Source: an uncultured Chloroflexia bacterium (GTDB taxonomy: Bacteria; Chloroflexota; Dehalococcoidia; Dehalococcoidales; UBA2162). From it: a stretch of DNA of 64,000 nt. This document shows, one piece after another, positions 7,885 to 18,410 of the stretch. The translations under genes and the position numbers were made by a program. Every line of letters begins with the position of its first letter. Within the stretch, counting starts at the first letter, position 1. The notes beneath the pieces are model-generated. The model did not search any database. It saw only the letters and a list, made by a program, of their open reading frames with translations, and had not been told where the DNA came from. The DNA lies in contig CAVUCA010000004.1 in the NCBI GenBank assembly GCA_963739865.1, forward strand, positions 64,280 to 128,279, read 5' to 3'.

Positions 7885-10353
7885 TTAACTCCCGACGGGT
7901 TTAAACCGTTTAAGCCGTAATGAATTGCTAACGACGGTGACTGAACTAGCAGCCATTGCGGCAGCGGCCAGCATGGGATTGAGAAAACCGTAATCACCAA
8001 GGATAAAGCGGAGGGATGAGGGGACGCCGCCATTTTTAAAAACAAGGTATAAAATACCAGCAGCAACCGGTATAAGAACTACATTATAGGCAAAAGCCCA
8101 GAAAAGATTTTGCTTAATGGTCTTCATGGTACGTTTACTAAGGGCAATCGCAGTAACAATATTCTTAAGTTCTCCCCCAATCAGTGTGATATCGGCGGTC
8201 TCGATGGCAATATCGGTCCCGGTCCCGATAGCGATACCGATATCTGCCTGGGCGAGTGCCGGGGCGTCATTAATACCATCGCCAACCATAGCTACTACTT
8301 TACCTTGTTGTTGAAGATGCTTAACTTCGGCAGCTTTATTTTCAGGTAAAACCTCGGCCAAGACCCGGTCGATACCGATTTCAGATGCGATAGCGTTGGC
8401 AGTGCGCGGGTTATCACCGGTAATCATACCGACTTCGATACCCAACCGGTGTAAGGCGTTAACGGTATTGCCAGCATCAGGCTTCAAGGTATCAGCAACG
8501 GCAATCAGCCCCACAACCTCCCGCCCGATACCAATAAAAATAGTTGTCTTTCCGTTTGCTGACAGTGTATCGGCTTGTCTATCCAGCTCTTTCAGGGAGA
8601 AATCCAGTTGAGTCATCAGGCTACGATTACCCAGAACTACTTTGTTATCACCAAGTTGAGCCTCGACACCCTGCCCGGGGAGGGCATTGAATTCTACCAC
8701 AGGGACCAGTTTCAATGATTTTTCACGGGCAGCCTGAACAATAGCTTCACCAAGGGGATGTTCGGAACCATGTTCGACCGAAGCGGCGAATTGAAGTATT
8801 TCATCTTCAGTATATAAGGAAGCGGTAACGATATCGGTGACCTTTGGTTTTCCGAAAGTCAGGGTGCCGGTTTTATCCATGAGGATAGTGTTGATCCGAT
8901 GAGCTTTTTCCAGTGTTTCCGCATTCCGGATAAGGATACCGTAAGCGGCACCCTTACCAGTCCCCACGATAATCCCGGTTGGTGTCGCCAATCCCAGGGC
9001 GCACGGACAGGCTATGATGAGCACTGCGATAAAATTAAGCAGGGCATAAGTAAAAGACGGTGCAGGCCCTAAAAAGAACCATACAAGAAATGTAACTAAT
9101 GCGATGATGATGACAATTGGCACGAAATATCCAGCGACGATATCGGCGAAACGCTGGATAGGAGCTTTACTGCCCTGGGCTTCTTCTACCAGTTTGACAA
9201 TACGGGCAAGCATCGTATCTTTGCCAACTTTCGAGGCTTCAAACTGGAAACTACCGGTCTTATTAATCGTAGCGCCAATCACGGTATCCCCAACATTTTT
9301 TTCAATTGGGAGGCTTTCCCCGGTGATCATGGCTTCGTCGATACTTGAATGTCCCTGACGAATAATACCATCGACCGGAATCCGGTCTCCGGGGCGGACG
9401 AGCAACAGGTCACCCGGTTGAACATCGTCGACGGGAACCTCAGTTTCCTGCCCATCACGGACCAACACGGCGGTTTCAGGTTGCATCCCCACTAGTTTTT
9501 TTATCGCTTCGGATGTTTGCCCCTTTGCCAGGGCTTCCAGATAGCGTCCCAGCAGAATCAAGGTAATAATGGACGCCGAAGTATCGAAATATGAGTGCGG
9601 CATGACACCGCCGATTGTGAATATCGCAGGAAAAAGGATGGCAGTGACGCTGTATATATATGCAGCGGAGGTGCCGACGGCAATCAGGGTATTCATATCG
9701 GCAGTACGGTGCTTCAGTGCTCCCCACATACCACGGTAAAACCGCCATCCGGCCCAGAATTGTACGGGTGTTGCCAGTGCCCACTGCAGGTAATTACTAC
9801 CGGGGAAAGAAGGAGCAAAACCAAGCCCCATAACCAGAACTGCCATGATAGCAGCAAAAATAAACCGGATTTTCAGCTTCTTGATTTCAATCCCTGTATC
9901 AGAAGCAACCCCCGAAATGGGTTCACTTTCGGGTAGAAGATCATAACCGGCATCTCTAGCAGCACGTCTCAAGTCATTGAAAGTTACGGTATCCAGGTAT
10001 TCAACCGTGACTCTTTCTGAGGCCAGGTTAACAGAAACGGTAATTACACCAGGGACGAGAGAAAGAGCATTTTCAACACGGGCAACACAACTTGCGCAGG
10101 TCATCCCATGAACCGGAAATACGGATCTCTTCGAGGCGACTTCATACCCTAATTCAGAAATAACGGATTTGATTTTAGCCAGATCAACCAGTTCAGGATC
10201 GAATTCCGTAACAGCGCTTTCTGTAGCCAGATTAACCTGACAAAAAGAAATACCCGGGATTTCCCGAAGCCCTTTTTCTATTATTTGGGCACAACTAGCA
10301 CAGGACATACCGCGAATCGGTATATTAATCCGCCTTAATTTTGGATCAGGCAT
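7885..10353 (-). CDS. copA: Cu(I)-translocating P1B-type ATPase
   Basis: Two GMxCASC metal-binding domains, [27 protein letters not shown] and MAASS. Start is 10353 (ATG) or 10377 (GTG). Confidence 0.95.
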   Translation of the reverse strand: MPDPKLRRINIPIRGMSCASCAQIIEKGLREIPGISFCQVNLATESAVTEFDPELVDLAKIKSVISELGYEVASKRSVFPVHGMTCASCVARVENALSLVPGVITVSVNLASERVTVEYLDTVTFNDLRRAARDAGYDLLPESEPISGVASDTGIEIKKLKIRFIFAAIMAVLVMGLGFAPSFPGSNYLQWALATPVQFWAGWRFYRGMWGALKHRTADMNTLIAVGTSAAYIYSVTAILFPAIFTIGGVMPHSYFDTSASIITLILLGRYLEALAKGQTSEAIKKLVGMQPETAVLVRDGQETEVPVDDVQPGDLLLVRPGDRIPVDGIIRQGHSSIDEAMITGESLPIEKNVGDTVIGATINKTGSFQFEASKVGKDTMLARIVKLVEEAQGSKAPIQRFADIVAGYFVPIVIIIALVTFLVWFFLGPAPSFTYALLNFIAVLIIACPCALGLATPTGIIVGTGKGAAYGILIRNAETLEKAHRINTILMDKTGTLTFGKPKVTDIVTASLYTEDEILQFAASVEHGSEHPLGEAIVQAAREKSLKLVPVVEFNALPGQGVEAQLGDNKVVLGNRSLMTQLDFSLKELDRQADTLSANGKTTIFIGIGREVVGLIAVADTLKPDAGNTVNALHRLGIEVGMITGDNPRTANAIASEIGIDRVLAEVLPENKAAEVKHLQQQGKVVAMVGDGINDAPALAQADIGIAIGTGTDIAIETADITLIGGELKNIVTAIALSKRTMKTIKQNLFWAFAYNVVLIPVAAGILYLVFKNGGVPSSLRFILGDYGFLNPMLAAAAMAASSVTVVSNSLRLKRFKPVGS

Positions 10354-10543
10354 AGTACCTACCAGTACCTTTTTCACGTGTAGATTTGAGTTACTAGGTT
10401 GATTATAGCACCGTTAACATGTAGGAATAGGACATTAGTCACATTATGATTGAGAGGGAAAAGAATATTCAGACATCAAAGGAATGAAGACAACAGATTC
10501 GGTACATTAACGGTATAGATTCATAATCCGAAGGTTCTTTTTC

Positions 10544-10573
10544 TTGACAACAGCGGAGTTATTATGTTATAAG
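10544..10573 (+). promoter_or_regulatory. sigma70-type promoter about 310 nt upstream of oppD
   Basis: TTGACA-N18-TATAAG with an extended -10 TG. Confidence 0.5.
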
Positions 10574-10885
10574 GTGCGTGTTATTTTTTTATTCCTGTGG
10601 TTTAAGGGGTATTGCCTAAACAGCGAATTGGTAGGGTCCAAAGGGACATTTTTCTAACTAATATCAGGTAAATATTTTCCGGTGATTAATTATTTATCAG
10701 TATTTGCGGGTAAATATCCGGAGAAAGGAAGAAATTTCAGTAACCGGGTAGAGAAAATACAGGTATATCGAATGAAGGGCAGGCCAGTAACAGGGTAGCC
10801 AGGTGATGTTGACCGGGACAGAGAAGGGGGTTACAATACAAACCGAAATGCTGGTGATAGCCTGAATAAAGAGAGGTGAACGACC

Positions 10886-11887
10886 ATCGCAGACACAATT
10901 CTGGACGTTAGGAATCTAAAAACATACTTCTATGTACAGGACGGAGAACTCAGAGCAGTCGATGGGTTAACGTACAACATCGAAAAGGGCGAATGCGTCG
11001 CACTGGTCGGAGAAAGTGCTTGTGGGAAGAGCGTCAGTGCTTTATCAATCATGAGATTGATCCCATATCCTCCGGGAATCATAGTTGGTGGTGAGGTTTT
11101 CTTCGACGGCAAGGATTTACTAAAAGTCACTGAAGAAGAAATGCGCCATATCCGGGGAAACCGAATCGCCATGGTATTCCAGGAACCCACAACTTCCCTC
11201 AATCCGGTATTGACGATAAGCCGTCAACTCTCCGAAGCATTACAGCTACATCGGGGAATCGACCTGAAAACAGCTAATGAAGAAGCAGCAAAGTTACTAA
11301 AACTAGTGGGCATCCCGGACTCAGAAAGAAGAGTAAATGATTATCCCCACCAATTCAGCGGCGGAATGCAACAACGCATCATGATTGCCATGGCATTAAG
11401 CTGCAATCCAGCACTTCTTATAGCTGATGAACCGACAACCTCAGTCGATGTCACAGTGCAAGCCCAACTCCTGGAAGTAATCAACAACCTCAGAACCCAG
11501 TTCGGTACGGCAGTAATCATTATCACCCATAACCTGGGAGTAGTAGCCCGATATGCTGACAGTGTCAATGTAATGTATGCCGGGCGTTTAATGGAAACAG
11601 GCCCGACGGATGCGATATATAATGCGCCAAAACATCCCTATACCGTGGGTCTGATCGCTTCAGTACCGCGACTCGACCTGCCCAGAAGACGAGATTTAAG
11701 TGTTATCGACGGCCTCCCGCCAAATTTAGCCAAGTTACCCAAGACAATGTGCCCCTTCAGCCCTCGCTGCAAACTGGCTGTTGCCAAGTGCCGGGAACAA
11801 CGGCCGGAACTTGAAGAGGTTGGGAAAGATCATCTTTCCGCCTGTTTCAGAATTAAAGACGTACATCAACTAATGGAGGCTGGATGA
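10886..11887 (+). CDS. oppD: oligopeptide ABC transporter ATP-binding protein OppD/DppD (apparent ATC start)
   Basis: The frame extends 55 codons upstream of the track start: IADTILDVRNLKTYF...LVGESACGKSVSA (Walker A). Also YPHQFSGGMQQR and the C-terminal HPYT/Cys domain. Confidence 0.92.
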   Translation: MADTILDVRNLKTYFYVQDGELRAVDGLTYNIEKGECVALVGESACGKSVSALSIMRLIPYPPGIIVGGEVFFDGKDLLKVTEEEMRHIRGNRIAMVFQEPTTSLNPVLTISRQLSEALQLHRGIDLKTANEEAAKLLKLVGIPDSERRVNDYPHQFSGGMQQRIMIAMALSCNPALLIADEPTTSVDVTVQAQLLEVINNLRTQFGTAVIIITHNLGVVARYADSVNVMYAGRLMETGPTDAIYNAPKHPYTVGLIASVPRLDLPRRRDLSVIDGLPPNLAKLPKTMCPFSPRCKLAVAKCREQRPELEEVGKDHLSACFRIKDVHQLMEAG

Positions 11888-12879
11888 TGGCACAAACAGA
11901 TAGCAACATCTTGGTAAAAGTAGAAAATCTAAAGATGTATTTCCCCGTTTTAGCGGGTGTTTTTCGATCTAGAGTGGCTGATGTTAAAGCTGTAGACGAT
12001 ATAAGTTTCTATATCAAGAAAGGTGAAACGCTGGGACTGGTTGGAGAGAGTGGATGTGGCAAGACAACAACCGGACGTTCCATATTACAGCTTTACAAAA
12101 TCACCTCAGGAACAATCGATTTTGAAGGAAACGACCTGACCAAACTAAAGGGAGAAAGCATGCGGCGCATGCGCCGGAACATGCAGCTTATCTTCCAGGA
12201 TCCATATGCATCGCTGGATCCAAGAATGACAGCCGGCGATATAATCGGAGAACCGTTAATTGTCCATAATATGGTGAATAAAGCGGGGTATAACGAACAG
12301 GTTAACGAGTTGCTGAGCATGGTTGAACTTGAGCCGAGAATGGGGGTCCGTTATCCTCACGAGTTTAGCGGTGGTCAGCGGCAACGCTTGGGAATTGCCC
12401 GGGCATTAGCAGTCCGCCCGAAATTCATCGTCTGCGATGAACCGGTATCTGCTCTTGATGTGTCCATTCAAGCACAGATCATCAAGTTGCTGATGAGACT
12501 GAAAGATGAATTTAATCTGACATATCTTTTTATTGCACATGATCTTTCCGTCGTAAGGCACATAAGTGACCGTGTTGGCGTTATGTACCTGGGTAAAATC
12601 ATGGAAATAACACGAAGCGATGAATTATATGATCATCCGCTTCACCCATACACTCAAGCCTTGCTTTCAGCTGTACCGATCCCGTCTCCCCAGGTTGATC
12701 GTCAGCGGAAACGGATTCTCCTGACCGGCGATGTTCCGAGCCCTGTCAATCCGCCGAAGGGCTGTCATTTCAACCCGAGATGCCATTTGGCGAATGATAT
12801 TTGCCGGGAACAAAGTCCGGAACTGATTGATGTTGGTGGTGAACACTGGGTAGCCTGTCATCGTGTAAACGGCAGATAA
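11884..12879 (+). CDS. oppF: oligopeptide ABC transporter ATP-binding protein OppF/DppF
   Basis: GESGCGKTT, YPHEFSGGQRQR, HPYTQALL and GCHFNPRC. Confidence 0.93.
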   Translation: MMAQTDSNILVKVENLKMYFPVLAGVFRSRVADVKAVDDISFYIKKGETLGLVGESGCGKTTTGRSILQLYKITSGTIDFEGNDLTKLKGESMRRMRRNMQLIFQDPYASLDPRMTAGDIIGEPLIVHNMVNKAGYNEQVNELLSMVELEPRMGVRYPHEFSGGQRQRLGIARALAVRPKFIVCDEPVSALDVSIQAQIIKLLMRLKDEFNLTYLFIAHDLSVVRHISDRVGVMYLGKIMEITRSDELYDHPLHPYTQALLSAVPIPSPQVDRQRKRILLTGDVPSPVNPPKGCHFNPRCHLANDICREQSPELIDVGGEHWVACHRVNGR

Positions 12880-12892
12880 CGTACATAAAGTA

Positions 12893-12957
12893 CCTTCGCA
12901 ATTATGCGGTTTCCTCCGGTATATTCCCTACCGTGGGTGAACCGCGTCTTGTGAAGG
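12893..12957. other. extended imperfect stem-loop after oppF
   Basis: Nested pairings CCTTCGCAA/TTGTGAAGG, GCGGTT/AACCGC and CGGTA/TACCG. Confidence 0.6.
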
Positions 12958-13048
12958 AAGATTGTTAATAATCATGTACCGGTTTGGTAGGGGTAATAAT
13001 CGACCAAAAACCTATTCAAAATAGATAAATAGTTGGATTGTAAAAAAG

Positions 13049-14062
13049 ATGTCCCAAGTAAAAAAAGAAAAAAGAAAAGACACGCTAAAAGAAAGTACCA
13101 AACCTGTAATATCCAGACGAAAAACAAGCCGTGTCCCATATATTATTGCGTCGGTAATCATTGCCGCGGTAGTAGTACTGGTCGGTATTGCTTTTTACCA
13201 ACAATATGTAGCCCCATTCCAGAAGACGATAATGACGATTGATGGTGATACTGTCATCAAGATGCGGTATTTTCTGGACAGAGCAAAACTTGCCGGAGCT
13301 AGTGGGCTGGCGACGATGCAAAATTTGAATAATGAGGAAATACTGAAACTATCTGCAGAAAAATACAGTATAAATGTTACTGAAGAAGATATTGATAATG
13401 AGTTAAGAAGAGAAGCAGCCGGTAGCGATAATATGACGATTACCGAAATTGAATTTGCAGAATGGTACCGTCAACTTCTCAACGAACGAGGTGTCTCCGG
13501 GTCTTTATACCGGCAAATGGTAGCAGCGAGTTTAAGGGAAGCTAAATTTAGAGAATACATTTACGGTAATATTTCTACTACGAGAGAACATGCTCATGTA
13601 TACGCAATATTCCTCAGTACATACGATGAGGCACTCGCAGTGAAAGAAAGAATAGACAATGGCGAAAACTTCCAAAAATTAGCCAGTGAGATATCGATTG
13701 ATCCGACAACCGGCGAACTCGGAGGAGAACTGGACTGGCTACCGCAGGGAGTGTATTTTTATAATATGGATCCCTTTAGTATTGAAATAGGGAAAGCCAG
13801 TGATGTCCTGGCAGTAGTTGAAGATATCACATCCGAAGAAGGCCCGGCGGCTTATTATGTGATGATGGTTATGGAAAGAGAGGACCGGGAGATTCTCGAC
13901 GGGTATTTGTCACAAGTTCAAAGCTACGATTATCAGCAATGGCTAAGCAGCGAAACAAAAACACATACGATCAAGTGGAATTATAACTCCGAAATCGATG
14001 CCTGGGTTAGCTGGCAATTATCCAAATCCAATCCATCTTCTACTACGGCAACGGGTGGTTAA
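13049..14062 (+). CDS. membrane-anchored SurA/PrsA-like parvulin foldase
   Basis: N-terminal TM, a SurA_N-like region, and GENFQKLASEISID...GGELDW rotamase motif. Confidence 0.8.
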   Translation: MSQVKKEKRKDTLKESTKPVISRRKTSRVPYIIASVIIAAVVVLVGIAFYQQYVAPFQKTIMTIDGDTVIKMRYFLDRAKLAGASGLATMQNLNNEEILKLSAEKYSINVTEEDIDNELRREAAGSDNMTITEIEFAEWYRQLLNERGVSGSLYRQMVAASLREAKFREYIYGNISTTREHAHVYAIFLSTYDEALAVKERIDNGENFQKLASEISIDPTTGELGGELDWLPQGVYFYNMDPFSIEIGKASDVLAVVEDITSEEGPAAYYVMMVMEREDREILDGYLSQVQSYDYQQWLSSETKTHTIKWNYNSEIDAWVSWQLSKSNPSSTTATGG

Positions 14063-14064
14063 AA

Positions 14065-15006
14065 ATGATTGAAGTCCAAAATTTAACTAAATACTACGGG
14101 AAACGTCTTGCCGTTGATGATATCAGTTTCCGGATAGAAAAGGGAGAAATCGTCGGGTTTCTCGGACCCAATGCGGCAGGAAAGACAACCACAATGCGGA
14201 TGTTAACCGGCTTCCTGGCACCGACAAGAGGAACAATTAAGATAGCCGGGTATGATGTGACTACCAATTCATTGGAAGCCCGCCGTCACATCGGCTATCT
14301 CCCTGAAGCAGTTCCCTTATATACAGATATGTCGATACAAGCTTACCTGGAGTATATGGCAAGATTACGAGGGATGCCGCGTATCGAAATAAAAACAAAA
14401 GTAGATAATGTAATAGAACGGTGTCATTTAGAAGAATATGCCGATGTGGTGATCGGAAAGTTGTCAAAAGGTTTTCGCCAGAGGGTAGGGATAGCTCAGG
14501 CAATTATTCATGAACCGGAAGTACTGATATTCGATGAACCTACTATTGGTATCGATCCTATTCAAATCGCTTCTACGAGACAGCTTATCAGAGAACTAGG
14601 AGAAGCACATACAGTTTTAATATCAACTCATATACTCCCTGAAGCGAGTGTGATATGCCAGCGGGCAATCATCATCGACCATGGCAATATCGTAGCTGAA
14701 GATAAAATCGAGAACCTAACTACGATGGTTACCGGCTCGAAGCGCGTACGCCTGGAAGTAGAAGGGCCAACGAAGAAAATCTCAGAAAGATTGCATGCGA
14801 TTAAAGGGGTAAAGAGGGTCATATATCAAGACTCAAGATTCGTCGTAGAGTTTCCAGCCGACCAGGACCTGCGAAGTAAGATAAGCGAAGCAATCGTGCA
14901 AGGTGGTTTTACGCTACTTTCGTCGGAATCGGTGGACATGAGTTTAGAGGACATCTTCCTCAAATTGACGACGAAAGATGACGTCCAGGAGCAGGACGAT
15001 GAATAA
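14065..15006 (+). CDS. ABC-2 type ATP-binding protein (GldA-like)
   Basis: GPNAAGKTT, LSKGFRQRVG, DEPT and a C-terminal SLEDIFL. Confidence 0.9.
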   Translation: MIEVQNLTKYYGKRLAVDDISFRIEKGEIVGFLGPNAAGKTTTMRMLTGFLAPTRGTIKIAGYDVTTNSLEARRHIGYLPEAVPLYTDMSIQAYLEYMARLRGMPRIEIKTKVDNVIERCHLEEYADVVIGKLSKGFRQRVGIAQAIIHEPEVLIFDEPTIGIDPIQIASTRQLIRELGEAHTVLISTHILPEASVICQRAIIIDHGNIVAEDKIENLTTMVTGSKRVRLEVEGPTKKISERLHAIKGVKRVIYQDSRFVVEFPADQDLRSKISEAIVQGGFTLLSSESVDMSLEDIFLKLTTKDDVQEQDDE

Positions 15007-15724
15007 CATTTTGACCATAAGTGCCAAGGAATTCAAATCCTACCTGACCTCGCCGATGGCTTATATTATCACGGCTGCTTTTCTGTTGGGCACCGGATTC
15101 TTCTTTGCCTTGCCGCAAGAAACCTCGGCAGCCTATACCGAGACGAGTATGCGGGGTGTCTTTGCAAATATCTTTTATATTATCGTTGTGCTGTTGTTGA
15201 TGGCTTTGCTAACGATGCGCCTGATATCGGAAGAGAAGAAGCTGGGAACGATAGAACTACTAATGACAGCACCGATCAGAGACAGTGAACTGATTATCGG
15301 CAAATACCTGGGAAGCGTCGGCTTGATGTTGATGATGTTAGTCTTTACGATATATTACCCGATCATGCTGTTCGTATTCGGTGATCCCGATCCCGGTCCG
15401 ATATTCGGTGGATACCTGGGCCTATTTCTTCTTGGTTGTTTAGCCCTGGCGGTTGGTATTTTTACTTCTTCATTGACTTCAAATCAACTGATTGCGGCGG
15501 TAGTAGCCGGAGCGATATTACTTGGATTATGGTTTCTGAATTCAGTCGCCGTGCTAATGCCGACTACTATAGCAAATGTTCTCAGTTATTTTTCTCCAGC
15601 GAGTTATATCTCGGACTTCTATACAGGGGTAATCGATACCAGGGGAATCATCTATTTTATTAGTGCAACCGCATTATTCCTTTTCCTGGCGGTACGATCG
15701 CTTGAAAATAGCAGGTGGAATTAA
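14999..15724 (+). CDS. ABC-2 type permease (GldF-like)
   Basis: KEFKSYLTSPMAY, TMRLISEEKKLGTIELLMTAP; about 6 TM; GGAG RBS before ATG 14999. Confidence 0.88.
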   Translation: MNNILTISAKEFKSYLTSPMAYIITAAFLLGTGFFFALPQETSAAYTETSMRGVFANIFYIIVVLLLMALLTMRLISEEKKLGTIELLMTAPIRDSELIIGKYLGSVGLMLMMLVFTIYYPIMLFVFGDPDPGPIFGGYLGLFLLGCLALAVGIFTSSLTSNQLIAAVVAGAILLGLWFLNSVAVLMPTTIANVLSYFSPASYISDFYTGVIDTRGIIYFISATALFLFLAVRSLENSRWN

Positions 15725-17302
15725 ATGCAGAGGAATCGGGAGTCAAACGCCAACACCAGCATCCTGGCAATCCTGGGTGTTATCATCCTCCTTGCCGGTT
15801 TAATAGTCATGTTACTGCTGCCGGATATAAAACTGGCAGCCTGGGGAGTCATGGTACTGGGAGTGTTGATGCTGTTGGCAGCACTAGTCCTTGATTTTCG
15901 AAAAGTCAAAGGGGCGTTAACCGGACGTAGGGGCCGATTCGGGGCGGGGACTACTCTTATGGCCTCATTATTTCTGGGTATTACGTTATTAATAAACGGC
16001 ATCAGTGTCAGCGCGTATCAAAGGTTTGATATAACTAAACTGTCCCGTTTTACCCTTACCGAACAAACCAAGGATGTACTAAAGAAACTGGAAAAACCGG
16101 TAAAAGCATTATGTTTCTTTGTCCCGGCAAAAGATACGTATGGAATTGCTACGTATGCCGAGAACTTAATAAATGAATACATGAACTATTCTGATATGTT
16201 GACATACGAGGTGATAGACCCGGATGAAAGCCCGGAGAAAGCGAGAAAATACGGGGTATTTCAATATCAGTCTGTGGTCTTTGAAAGCGGTGATAGTAAG
16301 CGGATGGTCTATCCTTCCCAGATCATGTCTTTCGATGATGAGGGTAATGTAGAATCGATAGAAGCGGAACACGCTTTTACCAGTGCATTACTGGAAGTGA
16401 CAGGCATCGCTCAGAAGAAGATTTATTTCCTTACCGGGCACGGTGAAGCCAGCTTGACCGGGAATTATAGTTATGTTCTGAATGGCTTACGGGATGATTT
16501 GTATGTCGTAGGTGAACTTGATTTAATGTCCTACCCGGTTATTCCCGAGGATTGTGCAGTACTGGTTATAGCTTCACCAAGAAAAGAAATGATAGATGCC
16601 GAAATCGAAGCCATCAATAACTATTTGGCGGCAGGTGGTCAGGCTCTTGTAATGGCTGATCCCAATTTCCCGGAGCAACTGAATAAAATTCTTATTCCGT
16701 GGGGCCTGCAATTCGATGATGGTACGGTCATTGACGGAGGCTCTTCATTAGGGTCGAGTTATGATATGCCAAGGGTAATTGCGGCCAATAACTATTTTTA
16801 TACGATAGGGTTAAATATCATTTCCTATTTTCCGGGAGCACTAGCAGTTTCATACACTTCTGACGATACAACGACACCATGGCCGACATTGGTTGCTACC
16901 AGTACCGTAAGCTTTCTGGATAAGGATTTTATTACTTTAGAGGAATCTACATATAACGAAGAAAAAGGCGATACCCTTGGGCCGTTATCAATCGGCATGC
17001 TTGTTGACGGCGCCTTGACTGACGATCAAACGAAATGGACCCGTATCATAGTGATCGGTGATTCCGATTTTGCCTCAAATGATCATTATACACAGGTTAA
17101 TAACAGCGATTTACTACTTAATTGTGTTAGCTGGCTGGCAGATGAGACAAAATTGATCTCGATCCGGCGGGTAGTGCTGCCGTACCGGAGATTGGTTGTA
17201 AATGACGACCAGTCTAAATTCATCACCTATTCGAGCTTGATGATACCACCTATTATTATTCTTCTCATTGGTGGAATCATATGGTGGTACCGCAGGACTT
17301 AA
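15725..17302 (+). CDS. GldG-like ABC transporter auxiliary component
   Basis: FDITK..RFTLTEQT, IYFLTGHGE, IVIGDSDF and N.DLLLN.VSWL; C-terminal TM. Confidence 0.85.
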   Translation: MQRNRESNANTSILAILGVIILLAGLIVMLLLPDIKLAAWGVMVLGVLMLLAALVLDFRKVKGALTGRRGRFGAGTTLMASLFLGITLLINGISVSAYQRFDITKLSRFTLTEQTKDVLKKLEKPVKALCFFVPAKDTYGIATYAENLINEYMNYSDMLTYEVIDPDESPEKARKYGVFQYQSVVFESGDSKRMVYPSQIMSFDDEGNVESIEAEHAFTSALLEVTGIAQKKIYFLTGHGEASLTGNYSYVLNGLRDDLYVVGELDLMSYPVIPEDCAVLVIASPRKEMIDAEIEAINNYLAAGGQALVMADPNFPEQLNKILIPWGLQFDDGTVIDGGSSLGSSYDMPRVIAANNYFYTIGLNIISYFPGALAVSYTSDDTTTPWPTLVATSTVSFLDKDFITLEESTYNEEKGDTLGPLSIGMLVDGALTDDQTKWTRIIVIGDSDFASNDHYTQVNNSDLLLNCVSWLADETKLISIRRVVLPYRRLVVNDDQSKFITYSSLMIPPIIILLIGGIIWWYRRT

Positions 17303-17317
17303 CCAGGAAAGACTGAT

Positions 17318-17884
17318 TTGAAAACAAAAAACATCCTGATATTATTACTGGTACTGGTGGTTTTAGGTGGTATATTCTATATTGTTTCACGTCCTAAAGC
17401 AGGTACTCCGGTACAACCAACCGAATATGTCTGGATGATCGATGAGGATGAGATCGATCATGTCACGATTACGTTACCCCGGATAAATCCAGTATTAAGT
17501 CAGTCGTTCATCCGTATTAAGCATGACGATGATTTTCCATGGTTTTTTGACGATGAAGCCCATACACCGGTAAACTCAGACCGGTGGGGGGGCGGCATAC
17601 CTTTGCTTCTCAGCGGTCCCGGAGCCGACCGGGTCATAAGTTACAGTACTTCAATAGATAAGCTGACTGAATATGGATTGATGTCGCCTATCATGACGAT
17701 TGACCTGATGTTATCCGACGGTCAGATAATGAAGATACAGGTTGGAGATAAAACTCCGAATGGAAACGCCTATTACGTGAAAGCGCCAGACTCAACTGCG
17801 GTAGCAATAGTTGATTATACCTGGTACGATGTTTTGGCAAAGCTGATTACCGAACCACCTTATGCTGTTGGTGAGGAGAAATAA
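17318..17884 (+). CDS. DUF4340-like membrane-anchored protein
   Basis: N-terminal TM; LTEYGL.SP and VGDKTPNG.AYYV; usual position after GldG. Confidence 0.75.
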   Translation: MKTKNILILLLVLVVLGGIFYIVSRPKAGTPVQPTEYVWMIDEDEIDHVTITLPRINPVLSQSFIRIKHDDDFPWFFDDEAHTPVNSDRWGGGIPLLLSGPGADRVISYSTSIDKLTEYGLMSPIMTIDLMLSDGQIMKIQVGDKTPNGNAYYVKAPDSTAVAIVDYTWYDVLAKLITEPPYAVGEEK

Positions 17885-17911
17885 TAATAGTCTCTCCGGC
17901 AAGGAGAATGG

Positions 17912-18145
17912 CTATTCGTGTTTCTTACGGACGTAAAGGTGTAACTCAGTCCCCTTTTCTTCCATCCCTAAGAATTCATGACCGGTTGTCTTGCACCATG
18001 CCGGGATATCCGACTTAATACCTTTATCGTCAGCAACAATCTCCAGTACTTCACCGACTTGGAGTTTCTTTATCTGCATGGCGGTTTTAGCAATCGGCAT
18101 CGGACAATATAATCCAACACAATCCATAGTGATGTCAGCTTTCAC
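17912..18145 (-). CDS. tusA: TusA/SirA family sulfur carrier
   Basis: DCVGLYCPMP, GEVLEIVADD and DIPAWC; probable GTG start at 18145. Confidence 0.88.
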   Translation of the reverse strand: MKADITMDCVGLYCPMPIAKTAMQIKKLQVGEVLEIVADDKGIKSDIPAWCKTTGHEFLGMEEKGTELHLYVRKKHE

Positions 18146-18193
18146 TTTATGCCTTCTCAACAAAATAAAATAACAAATATCCCGTGGCAGCGG

Positions 18194-18388
18194 TTACTTA
18201 TATTTTTTCCCACAATGCGGACAGGATACAGCTTCACGGGAAACCGGTTTACCGCATTCAGGACAATATTGCAACTTGACACCGCAACCCTTACACCATG
18301 GTAATTTTGCTTCTTGAACGTCCTGGTCACAATACGGGCAATGCGGTGTATTACCGGTAGTTTTTGCAGAAGTATTATTTTTGACCAT
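18194..18388 (-). CDS. double zinc-ribbon protein
   Basis: Four CxxC pairs; GGGGAGG RBS. Confidence 0.8.
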   Translation of the reverse strand: MVKNNTSAKTTGNTPHCPYCDQDVQEAKLPWCKGCGVKLQYCPECGKPVSREAVSCPHCGKKYK

Positions 18389-18410
18389 AAGCGACTAAAT
18401 CCTCCCCTGG

